A DNA stretch of 64,000 nt from Bordetella parapertussis (GTDB lineage: Bacteria; Pseudomonadota; Gammaproteobacteria; Burkholderiales; SG8-41), in NCBI GenBank assembly GCA_945906935.1, contig CAMDSO010000004.1:7427-71426 (forward strand), in the 5' to 3' direction. The position numbers were made by a program, and so were the translations under genes. Under the pieces are notes generated by a model. That model ran no database searches. It saw only the letters and a program-made list of their open reading frames with translations, and was not told the origin of the DNA. Below are positions 47,105-57,026 of the stretch, piece after piece (position 1 is the first letter of the stretch; each line of letters starts with the position of its first letter).

Positions 47105-48505
47105 TCACCCATCCCCGGGCTTGTTTAGTTCCGCAAACTTACCCGCCATCGTCGGGTTACCCCGCGTCAGTTTCTTGATCGTCACCTCCTGCGCCTTGTC
47201 GTTCGCCAGGCGCAGGTTGCGGTCGGTGCCCATGAGCGCTTCCTTGGTTTTTTGCAGGTGGTCGATCGACTTGTCGATTTCCGTGATTGCTTTTTGGAAG
47301 TGGTTGGCAGCGAGGTCGTAGTTTCTGGCGAAAGCGTTTTTGAAGGTTTCAAGTTCGCTTTCGAATTTCGTGATGTCGATGTTCTGCGCTTTGACGAGTG
47401 CGAGCTCCGACTTGTATTTGAGTGAGTTCATGGCTGCGTTGCGCAATAGCGTGATGATCGGGATAAAGAACTGCGGGCGCACGACGTACATTTTCGGATA
47501 GCGGTGAAAGACGTCAACGATGCCGGTGTTGTAGAGCTCGCTGTCGGGTTCGAGCAGGGAGACCAGCACCGCGTATTCGCAGCCTTTCTCGTTGCGGTCC
47601 TTGTCGAGCTCCTTGAGGAAGTCTTCGTTTTTGGTTTTCGACGCGGTGCGGTCGCTTTCGTTTTTCATTTCGAACATGATGGAGACGATTTCCGTGTCCG
47701 CCTCATCCTTGTCGCGAAAGATGTAGTCGCCCTTGCTGCCGCTGCGCGCGTCGTTGTCCTTCTCGAAGTAGGCGCGCGGAAACGCCGTTGCCCGGATACG
47801 GTTGAACTCGGTTTCGCAGTGCTGCTCCAGGGTTTCGCCCACCATCTTGGTCGACAGGCGCGCCTTCATGTCACGCAGGCGCTCGATCGCGTCATCGCGG
47901 TCCTTGAGCTGGGTTTCGTATTTGTCCTTGAGTGAGTTTTCAGCGAGTTCTTTTTCGAGCGCTGCGCGCTGCAGGCCGCTTTTGTATTCGTCACGTTCTT
48001 TCTCGACCACACCGACGGCCTCGTTGATGGCGAGCTTTTGCGCCACCGCGATAGCGTCGAGCTGCGCCTTCAGCTTCTGGATTTCTGCTTCCTTGGTGGC
48101 GGTGGCGCTTTGCAGTTCGTTCAGGCGTTTTGCATCAGCGAGCGTGGCCGCGGTTTCAGTGTCGCGTTTTGCTTGTGCCAGTTCATTGGCGAGCGCATCA
48201 CGCTCTTTTTCCACGGCGCTGAGGGCCTCGGTGACGGCGAGCTTGCGCGCGACTTCGCCGGCATCGATTTTGGCCTTGAGAGATTGAATCTCGGTGTCTT
48301 TGTCGGTTGCAGCCTTTTGCAAGGCGCTGGCGGCCTGGGCTTCAGCCAGCGCGAGAGCGTTTTTCTTGTCGCGTTCGGCCAGTTCAAGGCGGTCGTGTAA
48401 TTGCTGCTCGAATTCACCGTCGCGAACCTGCTTGAGGATGTCCGCGTAGCCGGCTTCGTCAACCTTGAATGCTTTGCTGCAGTGTGGGCAGATGATGTCG
48501 TGCAT
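47105..48505 (-). CDS. DUF2130-like coiled-coil protein with N-terminal zinc ribbon
   Basis: [13 protein letters not shown], then a long Glu/Lys/Ala coiled coil and a C-terminal globular part (GDYIFRD...CEYAVLVS). The family assignment is from memory. Confidence 0.65.
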   Translation of the reverse strand: MHDIICPHCSKAFKVDEAGYADILKQVRDGEFEQQLHDRLELAERDKKNALALAEAQAASALQKAATDKDTEIQSLKAKIDAGEVARKLAVTEALSAVEKERDALANELAQAKRDTETAATLADAKRLNELQSATATKEAEIQKLKAQLDAIAVAQKLAINEAVGVVEKERDEYKSGLQRAALEKELAENSLKDKYETQLKDRDDAIERLRDMKARLSTKMVGETLEQHCETEFNRIRATAFPRAYFEKDNDARSGSKGDYIFRDKDEADTEIVSIMFEMKNESDRTASKTKNEDFLKELDKDRNEKGCEYAVLVSLLEPDSELYNTGIVDVFHRYPKMYVVRPQFFIPIITLLRNAAMNSLKYKSELALVKAQNIDITKFESELETFKNAFARNYDLAANHFQKAITEIDKSIDHLQKTKEALMGTDRNLRLANDKAQEVTIKKLTRGNPTMAGKFAELNKPGDG

Positions 48506-48640
48506 GTCTGGGCTCTTTCGACTTTGTGTGTTTGCTTTGGAACTATTGACTCAAGTAGATACTGTTATCAGTGCCCTGCGCATCGCAGCAAGGTTGGGCC
48601 CACGCAGGAGTCCAATGTTACTGCAAAACGTTACGCCGCC

Positions 48641-48678
48641 TCCCCCTCACCCCTGCCCTTTCCCACGAGGGGAGAGGG
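48641..48678 (-). repeat. G-rich hairpin repeat (reverse orientation)
   Basis: TCCCCCTCACCCCTGCCCTTTCCCACGAGGGGAGAGGG. Confidence 0.65.
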
Positions 48679-48894
48679 TGAAAAACCTGAACCTGTCGTT
48701 GGGTGTATTGCGCGCGCGGCTTGCTGCACTGGTTGAGCGCTTGGGCGGCAAGACCTCTACCCGACGAAATTTGATCACTACAAACCTGAGAAGCCTGGCT
48801 AAATCCGTGTTCTTGCAATCAGAGCATAGTCCAGGGCTGGCTCACTGGATGAGCCCATACGAGAATATCTTCCTTGGGTGTGCGGCGTCTGGTA

Positions 48895-50091
48895 TCAGAC
48901 GCCGTAACACCCGACGACACCTGCAGCGCCCAGCTTTTCAATCTCGGTACTGGCGTAACCCAGTTCACCCAAAATGGCGCGTGTGTGTTCGCCGACATGC
49001 GGGGCGTGGGTGAGGGGCTTGCCGCTCGCCGCTGCTTGTTGGCCGCAGATGTTGCTCATCGGCACGCGACCCAGCGTGTCGTTCTCTACCCAGCGCACGG
49101 CGTTCATCGCCCGCACCTGAGGATCAGTGAAGAGATCTTCGTAGGTGTTGACCTTGGCTTTGAGGATGTCGATACCGGTGAGCAGGTCCACCCATTCATG
49201 CGACGTTTTCTGCTCGAAGAAGGGCCGCAGTTCGGCCATCAGTTGATGGCGATTGTTGACGCGGCCGCGCGCGTCGGCGTAACGCGGATCGGTGATCCAT
49301 TCTTCTTTGCCGAGCAGTTTCGAGAGCCGTTTGAAATGTTCGTCGCGCCGCGCATTGACACTCATATAGCCGTCTTTGGTTTTGAACATACCCACCGGCA
49401 TGCCGATCGGTTCGGCGACGCCCCCCTGCAGATGCTGTTCCATCATCGCACCTTCCTGCAGCGCGAGCGCGCATTCAAGCAGGCTGGTTTCGATGTGTGC
49501 ACCGCGGCCTTTCATCGCCTTGCGATAGAGTGCGGCGGCCACCGCCTGAAAGGCATAGAGGCCGGTCGAGAAATCGATCGCCAGCATTTCGATGCGCTGC
49601 GGGGCGCCGTTAACGTCGCGGTTGATCGACATCAGCCCGGTGAACGCCTGCATCACCGAGTCGGTGGCGGGTTGATCGGCGAGCGGGCCGATGGCGCCGA
49701 AGCCGGTGATGCTGAGGTAGATGATGTTCGGATTGGTTTTCTGCACACTCGCGTAATCAAGCTTGAATTTGTCGATCTTGCCGACACGGTAGTTCTGTAC
49801 CAACACATCGCACCCGGCGGCGAGTTTCTGCACGATGGCCATACCCTCAGCGGTCTTCAGATCGACCGCCAGCGAACGCTTCGCACGATTGACGATGACC
49901 GAATGCGCGGTCTGGTCGCCGGTGTGTTTGCCGAGCAGGCGGCTCCAGCAGCCCGCACCTGGCGGCTCGACCTTGATCACATCGGCGCCGTTACGCGCGA
50001 GATGCATGCCGCAATAGGGGCCGGCAATGCCCTGTGAGAGGTCGAGAACTTTGAGGCCCTCGAAGGGGAGGTCGTTGTGGGTGGCGGACAT
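48895..50091 (-). CDS. CaiB/BaiF (class III) CoA-transferase
   Basis: LKVLDLSQGIAGPYCGMHLARNGADVIKVEPPG N-terminal signature. Length 398 aa. Confidence 0.9.
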   Translation of the reverse strand: MSATHNDLPFEGLKVLDLSQGIAGPYCGMHLARNGADVIKVEPPGAGCWSRLLGKHTGDQTAHSVIVNRAKRSLAVDLKTAEGMAIVQKLAAGCDVLVQNYRVGKIDKFKLDYASVQKTNPNIIYLSITGFGAIGPLADQPATDSVMQAFTGLMSINRDVNGAPQRIEMLAIDFSTGLYAFQAVAAALYRKAMKGRGAHIETSLLECALALQEGAMMEQHLQGGVAEPIGMPVGMFKTKDGYMSVNARRDEHFKRLSKLLGKEEWITDPRYADARGRVNNRHQLMAELRPFFEQKTSHEWVDLLTGIDILKAKVNTYEDLFTDPQVRAMNAVRWVENDTLGRVPMSNICGQQAAASGKPLTHAPHVGEHTRAILGELGYASTEIEKLGAAGVVGCYGV

Positions 50092-50113
50092 AGATGTTCG
50101 ATCGATGGGTTGT

Positions 50114-50197
50114 GTGGGCGCAATAAGGGAAGCGCATTGTGCCGTATGTGGTATTCATGCGGCGGATTACGGCGCTGTGCGCCTAATCCGCCCTACG
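50114..50197. repeat. REP doublet in inverted orientation
   Basis: Unit 1, 50114-50143: GTGGGCGCAATAAGGGAAGCGCATTGTGCC. Unit 2, 50161-50197, is the reverse complement of CGTAGGGCGGATTAGGCGCACAGCGCCGTAATCCGCC. Confidence 0.75.
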
Positions 50198-50246
50198 TGT
50201 GCTGGCGCTTGTGTGCTGTCGGCTAGGTCATTGCCGAGGGTTTGTT

Positions 50247-50283
50247 CCCTCCCCTGCGCAGCGGGGGAGGGTCAGGGTGGGGG
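50247..50283 (+). repeat. G-rich hairpin repeat
   Basis: CCCTCCCCTGCGCAGCGGGGGAGGGTCAGGGTGGGGG. Confidence 0.7.
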
Positions 50284-50357
50284 CGCGCTGGCGCGTTGTA
50301 ATGCGACGTCACTATCTGAGCGTGCGATCGGCCCCCTAAGCTGCACCCGGATATTCG

Positions 50358-51329
50358 CTATTGCGGCTGCGGCAAATCCCGTGCAATCGGCCGAATCGCT
50401 TCAATTTGCGCCTTAATGTGCGCGCCGAAGACTTCGGGTTTGTCGCCGACCGAGATGTAACCCAGGTCGGTGAGTTTTTTCTGCACCGCCGGTGTGGCCA
50501 GGACTTTCAAGAGCGAAGCGTGGATGGTTTCAACCACCGCAGGCGGCGTTTTCGCCGGCACCATCAAACCGTACCAGCATGAAAACTGATAACCGTTGAC
50601 GCCGGCTTCATTGAGAGTCGGTTGATCCGGCAGGAAGGACAAACGCTGCGGCGTGGTCACGCCGAGCGAGCGCAGACGACCCTGACCGATCTGCTGCATG
50701 ACGGCCGACAGCGGCGCGAAGTAGGCTGAGACTTCACCGGACATCACCGCGGTGACTGCGGGCGGCCCGCCCTTGTAGGGGACATGCGTCATGGCGAGGC
50801 CCATCTGACGGCGAAACAGTTCGCCGGCGAGAAAGCTGCAGGTGCCCGAACCGGCTGAGGCGTAGGTGAGTTCGCCCGGTTTTGATTTGGCGTATTTCAC
50901 GAATTCGCCCACGGTTTTCGCCGGTGAACTGGCCGGTACCACCATGATTGACGGCCCGGAGGCGATTTGCGCGATCGGTATGAAGTCGCGTACCAGATCG
51001 TAGCCCAGCGATTTGTAGAGCGTGGCATTGACCGCATGCGTGGTGGCAATCTGCAGCATGGTGTAGCCATCGGCCGGCGCATGCGCGGCGATGTCGGCCC
51101 CCAGGTTGCCGCCCGCACCCGGTTTGTTTTCAACGATCACCTGCTGGCCGTAGAGGTTGGTAAGGCCTTCGGCGATGATGCGGCCGAGCACATCGGTGCC
51201 CGCGCCGGCAGCGTCAGTGATGATGTAGCGCACCACTTTGTTGGGGTAGGTCTGTGCCTGTGCCGTGGTTGCGGCCAATAGCGTTGCCGCGGTAAGTAGT
51301 GCCAGCGTGTAGTGGGTAAGTCGGTGCAT
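50358..51329 (-). CDS. Bug/TctC-family substrate-binding protein
   Basis: ATG 51329 (MHRLTHYTLALLTAATLLAATTAQAQ), TYPNKVVRYIITDAAGAGTD, VENKPGAGG, HVPYKGGPPA, GRLRSLGV. Confidence 0.88.
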   Translation of the reverse strand: MHRLTHYTLALLTAATLLAATTAQAQTYPNKVVRYIITDAAGAGTDVLGRIIAEGLTNLYGQQVIVENKPGAGGNLGADIAAHAPADGYTMLQIATTHAVNATLYKSLGYDLVRDFIPIAQIASGPSIMVVPASSPAKTVGEFVKYAKSKPGELTYASAGSGTCSFLAGELFRRQMGLAMTHVPYKGGPPAVTAVMSGEVSAYFAPLSAVMQQIGQGRLRSLGVTTPQRLSFLPDQPTLNEAGVNGYQFSCWYGLMVPAKTPPAVVETIHASLLKVLATPAVQKKLTDLGYISVGDKPEVFGAHIKAQIEAIRPIARDLPQPQ

Positions 51330-51500
51330 GACGATGTCCTTTGCGGAGTTGAGATGCGCGCCTGATGGTGCGTCTGCGCTAAATTTTACCGCAGACGTGT
51401 TTTGCTGAAACACAAGCAGGCGCGTATGGAGTAGAGTAGGGAGCTAAAAGTAATACAGGCTGGCCTGCAACGGGCCGGTTAAAAAAACAGGGGGAGAACC

Positions 51501-53165
51501 GTGAAATCAATACTGGCGGCACTGCTATGCGCTGCGTGTGGCGTGGCGTTCGCGCAAAGCGCCGACGATTTGCTGAACAATAAGGGCAACACGGATAACG
51601 TGACGACCTTCGGCATGGGCTACGACCTGAAGATGTACAGCCCCTTGAAGCAGATCAATAAAACGAACGTGAAAAAGCTGGTGCCGGCGTGGACCTTCAG
51701 CACCTCCAACGACATGGGCGATTTGTCGCAGCCGACCGTTTACAACGGCGTGATGTATGTGGTGAACGGCAACTGGACCTTTGCCATCGACATCGACACC
51801 GGCCGCCAGATCTGGCGCCAGCCGGTGAGTTACGACCGCGGCGCCCTGCGCGTGGCCGGTGGCGGTGCGCTGATGCGTGGTGCGGCGACCATCTACAACG
51901 GCAAGCTCTTCCGCCAGTCGCTCGACGCGCATGTGCTGGCGCTCGACATGAAAACCGGCAAAGAAGTGTGGAAGCAGAAATACGCTGAATTCAAGGAAGG
52001 CTATAAGGGCGTGATTGCGCCGATGATCGCCAACGGCGTGCTGATCAACGGCACCGGCGGTGGCGAGAGCACCACACGCGGTTTTGTCGAAGGTTATGAC
52101 CCGGAGACCGGCAAACGGCTGTGGCGCACCTGGACCATCCCTGCGCCGGGCGAGCCGGGTTCGGAGACCTGGCCCAATCAGTCGAAGCCCGACGCCTGGA
52201 AATACGGCGGCGGTTCGACCTGGCAGTCGGCGTCCTACGACCCCGAGCTTGATCTCGTCTACATCGGCACTGGCAATGCGGAGCCCTATAACCCGATCTA
52301 TCGGGATGGTGCCGACAGCCTCTACACGGCGAGCGTGCTGGCGATCCGGCCGAAGACCGGCGAAATCGCCTGGTTTTATCAATATGTACCGAACGATACC
52401 TACGACTTTGATTCGACCGCCGAGTGCGTGATCGCCGACCTAATGGTCGACGGCCAAAAGCGTAAGGTGCTGATCAACGCGCACAAGAACGGCTTTATGT
52501 ATGTAATCGACCGCACCAACGGCAAGCTGATCGCCGCGAATGCGTTCGTTAACGTCAACTGGGCGACGCACATCGATCTGAAAACCGGCCGGCCGGTGCC
52601 GACCGACCTGCTGCAGCGCGCGATGAAGGGTGAGACGGTGTTGCTGACGCCGTCGCGCGGCACCAATGCCACGCTGATTGCGTTTAACCCGAACAACAAC
52701 CTGGTCTATGCCAACACCTGGAACTTTCCGCGCACCTTCAAGTTTACTGAGGCGAAGTTCGTGCTGGGCGGGAACTATACGGCGATGCAGTCGTCGATGG
52801 CGGTACCCAAAGGCGAGCCGGCCGGTTATCACGAGGCGATCGATCCGTTGACCGGCAAGGTGGTCTGGAAAACGCCGATGATGGAAATGCCGAGTTCGGC
52901 TGGCATGCTGGCCACCGCCGGCGGTCTCTTGTTCACCGGTGAGCTGACCGGAGAAGTCATCGCGCTCGATCAGGATACTGGCAAGAAGATCTGGCAGTTC
53001 AAGACGGGCTCCAGCGTCAATGCCCCGCCAATCACCTTTACGCACAAGGGCAAGCAATATGTCGCAGTGCTGTCAGGTCGTGGCGGTAGTAATGCCGGAC
53101 GTTTCGTCAATAACAGCGTGCCCGCAGGCGGCTCGGTGTGGGTCTTTGCACTGAAAGAAGATTAG
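51501..53165 (+). CDS. PQQ-dependent alcohol dehydrogenase (ExaA/PedH-like), paralogue 1, no vicinal Cys-Cys
   Basis: GTG start after GGGGGAGAA, with a signal peptide. GMGYDLKMYSPLKQIN, eight-blade propeller W-motifs, YDFDS (D-x-D). RVAGGGALMRG sits where the family normally has VCC. Confidence 0.88.
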   Translation: MKSILAALLCAACGVAFAQSADDLLNNKGNTDNVTTFGMGYDLKMYSPLKQINKTNVKKLVPAWTFSTSNDMGDLSQPTVYNGVMYVVNGNWTFAIDIDTGRQIWRQPVSYDRGALRVAGGGALMRGAATIYNGKLFRQSLDAHVLALDMKTGKEVWKQKYAEFKEGYKGVIAPMIANGVLINGTGGGESTTRGFVEGYDPETGKRLWRTWTIPAPGEPGSETWPNQSKPDAWKYGGGSTWQSASYDPELDLVYIGTGNAEPYNPIYRDGADSLYTASVLAIRPKTGEIAWFYQYVPNDTYDFDSTAECVIADLMVDGQKRKVLINAHKNGFMYVIDRTNGKLIAANAFVNVNWATHIDLKTGRPVPTDLLQRAMKGETVLLTPSRGTNATLIAFNPNNNLVYANTWNFPRTFKFTEAKFVLGGNYTAMQSSMAVPKGEPAGYHEAIDPLTGKVVWKTPMMEMPSSAGMLATAGGLLFTGELTGEVIALDQDTGKKIWQFKTGSSVNAPPITFTHKGKQYVAVLSGRGGSNAGRFVNNSVPAGGSVWVFALKED

Positions 53166-53195
53166 AAAGCTGCCCAAAGAAGGCAGCGCTAAACA

Positions 53196-53229
53196 CCCCC
53201 TCGCCCCGCGATAGCGGGGAGAGGGGGTT
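53196..53229 (+). repeat. G-rich hairpin repeat
   Basis: CCCCCTCGCCCCGCGATAGCGGGGAGAGGGGGTT, between PQQ-ADH paralogues 1 and 2. Confidence 0.65.
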
Positions 53230-53292
53230 GGATCGGTAGACCGCGACAAAGCTCTGGTTTCCGAACATTTTATTTTTCCGGGGAGGAAAGTC

Positions 53293-54954
53293 ATGAAACA
53301 CCTGATCGCCGCACTCTTGTGCGGTTGTTTTACGCTCGCCCACGCGCAAACCGCGCAGGATTTGCTGACCGACGGTAAAAACACCGAGAACATCACGACC
53401 TACGGCATGGGCTATGACATGAAGCGTTACAGCCCGCTCAAGCAGATCAACACGTCCAACGTGAAGCGATTGGTTCCGGTGTGGAGCATGAGCATGGCCA
53501 ATGATCTGGGCGAGCAGGCGCAGCCGATGATTTATAACGGCGTTATGTATGTGACCAACGTCAAATGGACCTTCGCCATCGATGTCGCCACCGGCAAGCA
53601 GATCTGGCGCACGCCGGTTGATTACGATCCGGGCACGCCGCGTGTGGTGTGCTGCGGCGTCTCTAACAAGGGACCGGCGATCTTTAACGGCAAGCTCTAT
53701 CGCGTGACGCTCGACGCGCATGTGCTGGCCCTCGACATGAAAACCGGCAAGCAGTTATGGAAAAACAAATTTGCCGAGTGGAAAGAAGGCTACTCCTCGA
53801 TCGCCGCGCCACTGGTTGCCAACGGCGTGTTGATCACTGGCATGTCGGGCGCCGAGTTCGGTGTGCGCGGTTTTCTCGACGGCTGGGATCTCGAAACCGG
53901 CAAAGCGTTGTGGCGGCGTTACACCATCCCGGGGCCGGGCGAGCCGGGTTCCGAAACCTGGCCGACTGAAGTCGATGCCTATAAACGTGGCGGCGGTTCG
54001 ACCTGGATTACTGGTTCCTACGACCCGGAACTGGATTTGACTTACTGGGGTACCGGCAACGCAGCGCCGTGGAATACGCGTTATCGCGGCAAGGACAGTC
54101 TCTATTCAGCGAGTGTTGTCGCCATCCGCCCGAAGACCGGTGAAATTGTCTGGCACTATCAGTTCACGCCTGACGATTCATTCGACTACGACGGCGTGAA
54201 CGAAAACGTGATCGCCGATATCAACATCGACGGCGCCTTGCGCAAGGTGATCCTGCACGCCGACCGCAACGGCTTCTTCTACGTCATAGACCGCGCCAAT
54301 GGCAAACTGCTGCGCGCCTTTCCGTTCGGCAAGGTCAACTGGGCGACGCATGTCGACCTGAAGACCGGGCGTCCGGTGGAGACCGATGTGCGGGCGCGTT
54401 TGATCGCTGGCGAAGAAGTTGAGTTGTGGCCGGCCTTTGGTGTGAAGAATTGGGCGCAGATGTCGTTCAATCCGAAGAGCGGCATTGTCTATATGAATAC
54501 CATCAACTTCCCGCAATTCTTCAAATTGGTGCCCACCGAATACAAGGCCGGCACGCGTTATACCGGTGCCGTGAGCCGTCCTTCTCCGCGTGCGCCTGGT
54601 GATGATGCCGAGGGCTTTCAGGTGGCGCTCGATCCGCTGACCGGCAAGGTCAAGTGGCAGAACAAGCTCACCGACTATGTTTCGCAGGCCGGGATGTTGT
54701 CGACCGAGGGCGGATTGGTATTCACCGGTCGTATGACCGGCGAGTTTGAAGCACTCGACGAAGCGACCGGCAAGTTGTTATGGAAATTCCAAACTGGATC
54801 TGGTGTCAATGCGCCGCCGGTTACCTATACCCACAAGGGCCGTCAGTACATCACTGTGTTGTCGGGGCTGGCCGGCGATTCACGCGGCCGCAAGGCGGCG
54901 CCGACTGTGCCGGCTGGCGGTGCGGTGTGGACGTTCGCGTTGTTGCCTGAATAA
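53293..54954 (+). CDS. PQQ-dependent alcohol dehydrogenase (ExaA/PedH-like), paralogue 2, canonical Cys-Cys
   Basis: Signal peptide. GMGYDMKRYSPLKQIN. RVVCCGVSNKG (Cys120-Cys121, nt 53650-53655). FDYDG (D-x-D, nt 54184-54192). Confidence 0.9.
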   Translation: MKHLIAALLCGCFTLAHAQTAQDLLTDGKNTENITTYGMGYDMKRYSPLKQINTSNVKRLVPVWSMSMANDLGEQAQPMIYNGVMYVTNVKWTFAIDVATGKQIWRTPVDYDPGTPRVVCCGVSNKGPAIFNGKLYRVTLDAHVLALDMKTGKQLWKNKFAEWKEGYSSIAAPLVANGVLITGMSGAEFGVRGFLDGWDLETGKALWRRYTIPGPGEPGSETWPTEVDAYKRGGGSTWITGSYDPELDLTYWGTGNAAPWNTRYRGKDSLYSASVVAIRPKTGEIVWHYQFTPDDSFDYDGVNENVIADINIDGALRKVILHADRNGFFYVIDRANGKLLRAFPFGKVNWATHVDLKTGRPVETDVRARLIAGEEVELWPAFGVKNWAQMSFNPKSGIVYMNTINFPQFFKLVPTEYKAGTRYTGAVSRPSPRAPGDDAEGFQVALDPLTGKVKWQNKLTDYVSQAGMLSTEGGLVFTGRMTGEFEALDEATGKLLWKFQTGSGVNAPPVTYTHKGRQYITVLSGLAGDSRGRKAAPTVPAGGAVWTFALLPE

Positions 54955-54979
54955 TCAGATTGTTTACGAGGGGAGAGAC

Positions 54980-56644
54980 ATGAAAAAAATACTCGCATTA
55001 TTGTTGATGGGTTGCTGCGCGGTGGTGCAGGCGCAGACGGCGGATGAATTGCTCAATGAGGGCAAGAACACGGAAAACGTAACCTTGCTTGGCACCGGTT
55101 ACGACATGAAGATGTTCAGTCCGCTCAAGCAGATCAATAAGTCGAACATCAAGCGTCTGGTACCGGTCTGGACTTTCAGTCTCTCTAACGAGATGGGCGA
55201 GTTGTCGCAGCCCACCATCTATAACGGCGTGATGTATGTGGTGAATGGCAACTGGACCTTCGCCATCGACGTCGGTACCGGTCGTCAGATTTGGCGCACG
55301 CCCGTTAGCTACGATCGTGGCGCCCTGCGCATGACCACCGGTGGTGCTTATATGCGCGGTGCGGCCACCATCTACAACGGCAAACTGTTCCGCCAGACTA
55401 TTGACGGTCATGTGCTCGCGCTCGACATGAAGACTGGCAAGGAACTCTGGAAAACGAAATTCGGCGAGTGGAAGGAAAGTTACGCCGGCATCGTCGCGCC
55501 GGCCATCGTCAACGGCGTGCTGATCTCCGGCATGGCTGGTGGCGACCGCACCGCACGTGGTTTTGTCGACGGCTATGACCCGGAAACCGGTATGCGCCTG
55601 TGGCGCACCTGGACCGTGCCGGAACCCGGCCAGAAAGGTTCCGAGACCTGGCCGAACAAGGACATGCCCGATGCGTGGAAATACGGCGGTGCGGCGACCT
55701 GGCAGCCGGGTTCGTATGATCCGCAGCTCGATCTCTTTTACATCGGCACCGGCAATCCGGAACCGTACAACCCGAAATATCGCGCTAATCTGGACAGCCT
55801 CTACGCCTCATCGATACTGGCGATCCGGCCGAAGACCGGTGAATTGGTCTGGTATTACCAGTATGTGCCAAACGATACCTTCGACTTTGACGGTACCGCG
55901 GAGAGCATCCTTGCCGACGTGCAGATCGACGGTAATCCGCGCAAGGTGCTATTTAACGTCAACAAGAATGGTTTTCTCTATGTGCTTGACCGCACTAACG
56001 GTCAGCTGATCTCGGCGACGCCGTTCATGGCGCAAAACTGGGCGAAATATATCGACCTTAAGACCGGCCGTCCGGTGCTGACCGATTTGCTTGATCTCGC
56101 CCTTAAAGGCGAGACTATCGACCTGTCGCCGGCGCGTGCCACCAACGCCACGCTTTCCGCCTACAACCCGAAGACCGGGCTGCTGTTTCTCAATTCATGG
56201 GAGGCCATACGCGTGATGAAGTTTGTCGACGTCAAGCTTGTGGTTGGTAGCGGTTACACCGGTATCGCGGGCGGCTACAAGAATCCGCCCAATCTCGCGC
56301 CCGGTTATCACATCGCGATCAATCCGATCACCGGCAAAACTGCGTGGAAGATTCCGCTCGACGAGTTCGCTGTTTCGGCCGGCACGCTGGCCACCGACGG
56401 CGGCCTGTTGTTCACCGGCAAACTTACTGGCGAATTCATCGCGCTTGATCAGGACAGCGGCAAACAGCTGTGGCAGTTCAAGACCGGCTCCAGCGTCAAT
56501 TCGCCGCCTATTACATACACGCACAAAGGCGTGCAATACGTGACGGTGTTGAGCGGACGCGGCGGCAGCAATCCGACGCGCTCGGCCGGTACCGTCGTGC
56601 CTGCCGGCGGCGCGGTTTATACCTTTGCCTTGATGCCGGAGTAA
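54980..56644 (+). CDS. PQQ-dependent alcohol dehydrogenase (ExaA/PedH-like), paralogue 3, no vicinal Cys-Cys
   Basis: ATG 54980 after GAGGGGAGAG, with a signal peptide. GTGYDMKMFSPLKQIN. RMTTGGAYMRG in place of VCC. FDFDG (D-x-D). Confidence 0.88.
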   Translation: MKKILALLLMGCCAVVQAQTADELLNEGKNTENVTLLGTGYDMKMFSPLKQINKSNIKRLVPVWTFSLSNEMGELSQPTIYNGVMYVVNGNWTFAIDVGTGRQIWRTPVSYDRGALRMTTGGAYMRGAATIYNGKLFRQTIDGHVLALDMKTGKELWKTKFGEWKESYAGIVAPAIVNGVLISGMAGGDRTARGFVDGYDPETGMRLWRTWTVPEPGQKGSETWPNKDMPDAWKYGGAATWQPGSYDPQLDLFYIGTGNPEPYNPKYRANLDSLYASSILAIRPKTGELVWYYQYVPNDTFDFDGTAESILADVQIDGNPRKVLFNVNKNGFLYVLDRTNGQLISATPFMAQNWAKYIDLKTGRPVLTDLLDLALKGETIDLSPARATNATLSAYNPKTGLLFLNSWEAIRVMKFVDVKLVVGSGYTGIAGGYKNPPNLAPGYHIAINPITGKTAWKIPLDEFAVSAGTLATDGGLLFTGKLTGEFIALDQDSGKQLWQFKTGSSVNSPPITYTHKGVQYVTVLSGRGGSNPTRSAGTVVPAGGAVYTFALMPE

Positions 56645-56652
56645 GAGCGCGT

Positions 56653-56979
56653 ATGAAAAAAACAGTTGCGTGGGGTGTCTTGCTCCTACCGTTGGCAGGC
56701 CTCCTCATACAGGAGGCTGCCGCCCAATCGTTTCCTGCGGCGCAAATCAAACGAGGCGGCGAAGTCTATGCTGTCAATTGCGTGACCTGCCATGGTGAGC
56801 GGATGAAAAATCCGCCGTGGGCAATTGATCTGGCGACCTTCCCGCGTGACGAGCCGGCGCGGTTTGTCGACGCGGTGACCAACGGTGTGCGCAATATGCC
56901 GCCGTGGAGCGACGTCCTAAAGCCCGAGGATATTCAGGCCCTGTGGGCTTATGTGGTGGCCGGAGAAAAGGGCAATTGA
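56653..56979 (+). CDS. Small periplasmic c-type cytochrome
   Basis: ATG 56653, signal peptide, a single CVTCHG haem-binding motif, NMPPW (likely Met ligand region), 108 aa. It lies directly after the PQQ-ADH genes. Confidence 0.85.
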   Translation: MKKTVAWGVLLLPLAGLLIQEAAAQSFPAAQIKRGGEVYAVNCVTCHGERMKNPPWAIDLATFPRDEPARFVDAVTNGVRNMPPWSDVLKPEDIQALWAYVVAGEKGN

Positions 56980-57026
56980 GCCGGCATGTATTACACGCTG
57001 AATATCAAGATTAAAGGGAGATAAAA

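Noticed and set aside
48884-48903. Perfect hairpin GGCGTCTG-GTAT-CAGACGCC overlapping the stop of the CoA-transferase gene, as a possible terminator.
   Set aside because: No U-tract follows on the relevant (minus) strand, so it is not a canonical intrinsic terminator. Its function is undetermined.
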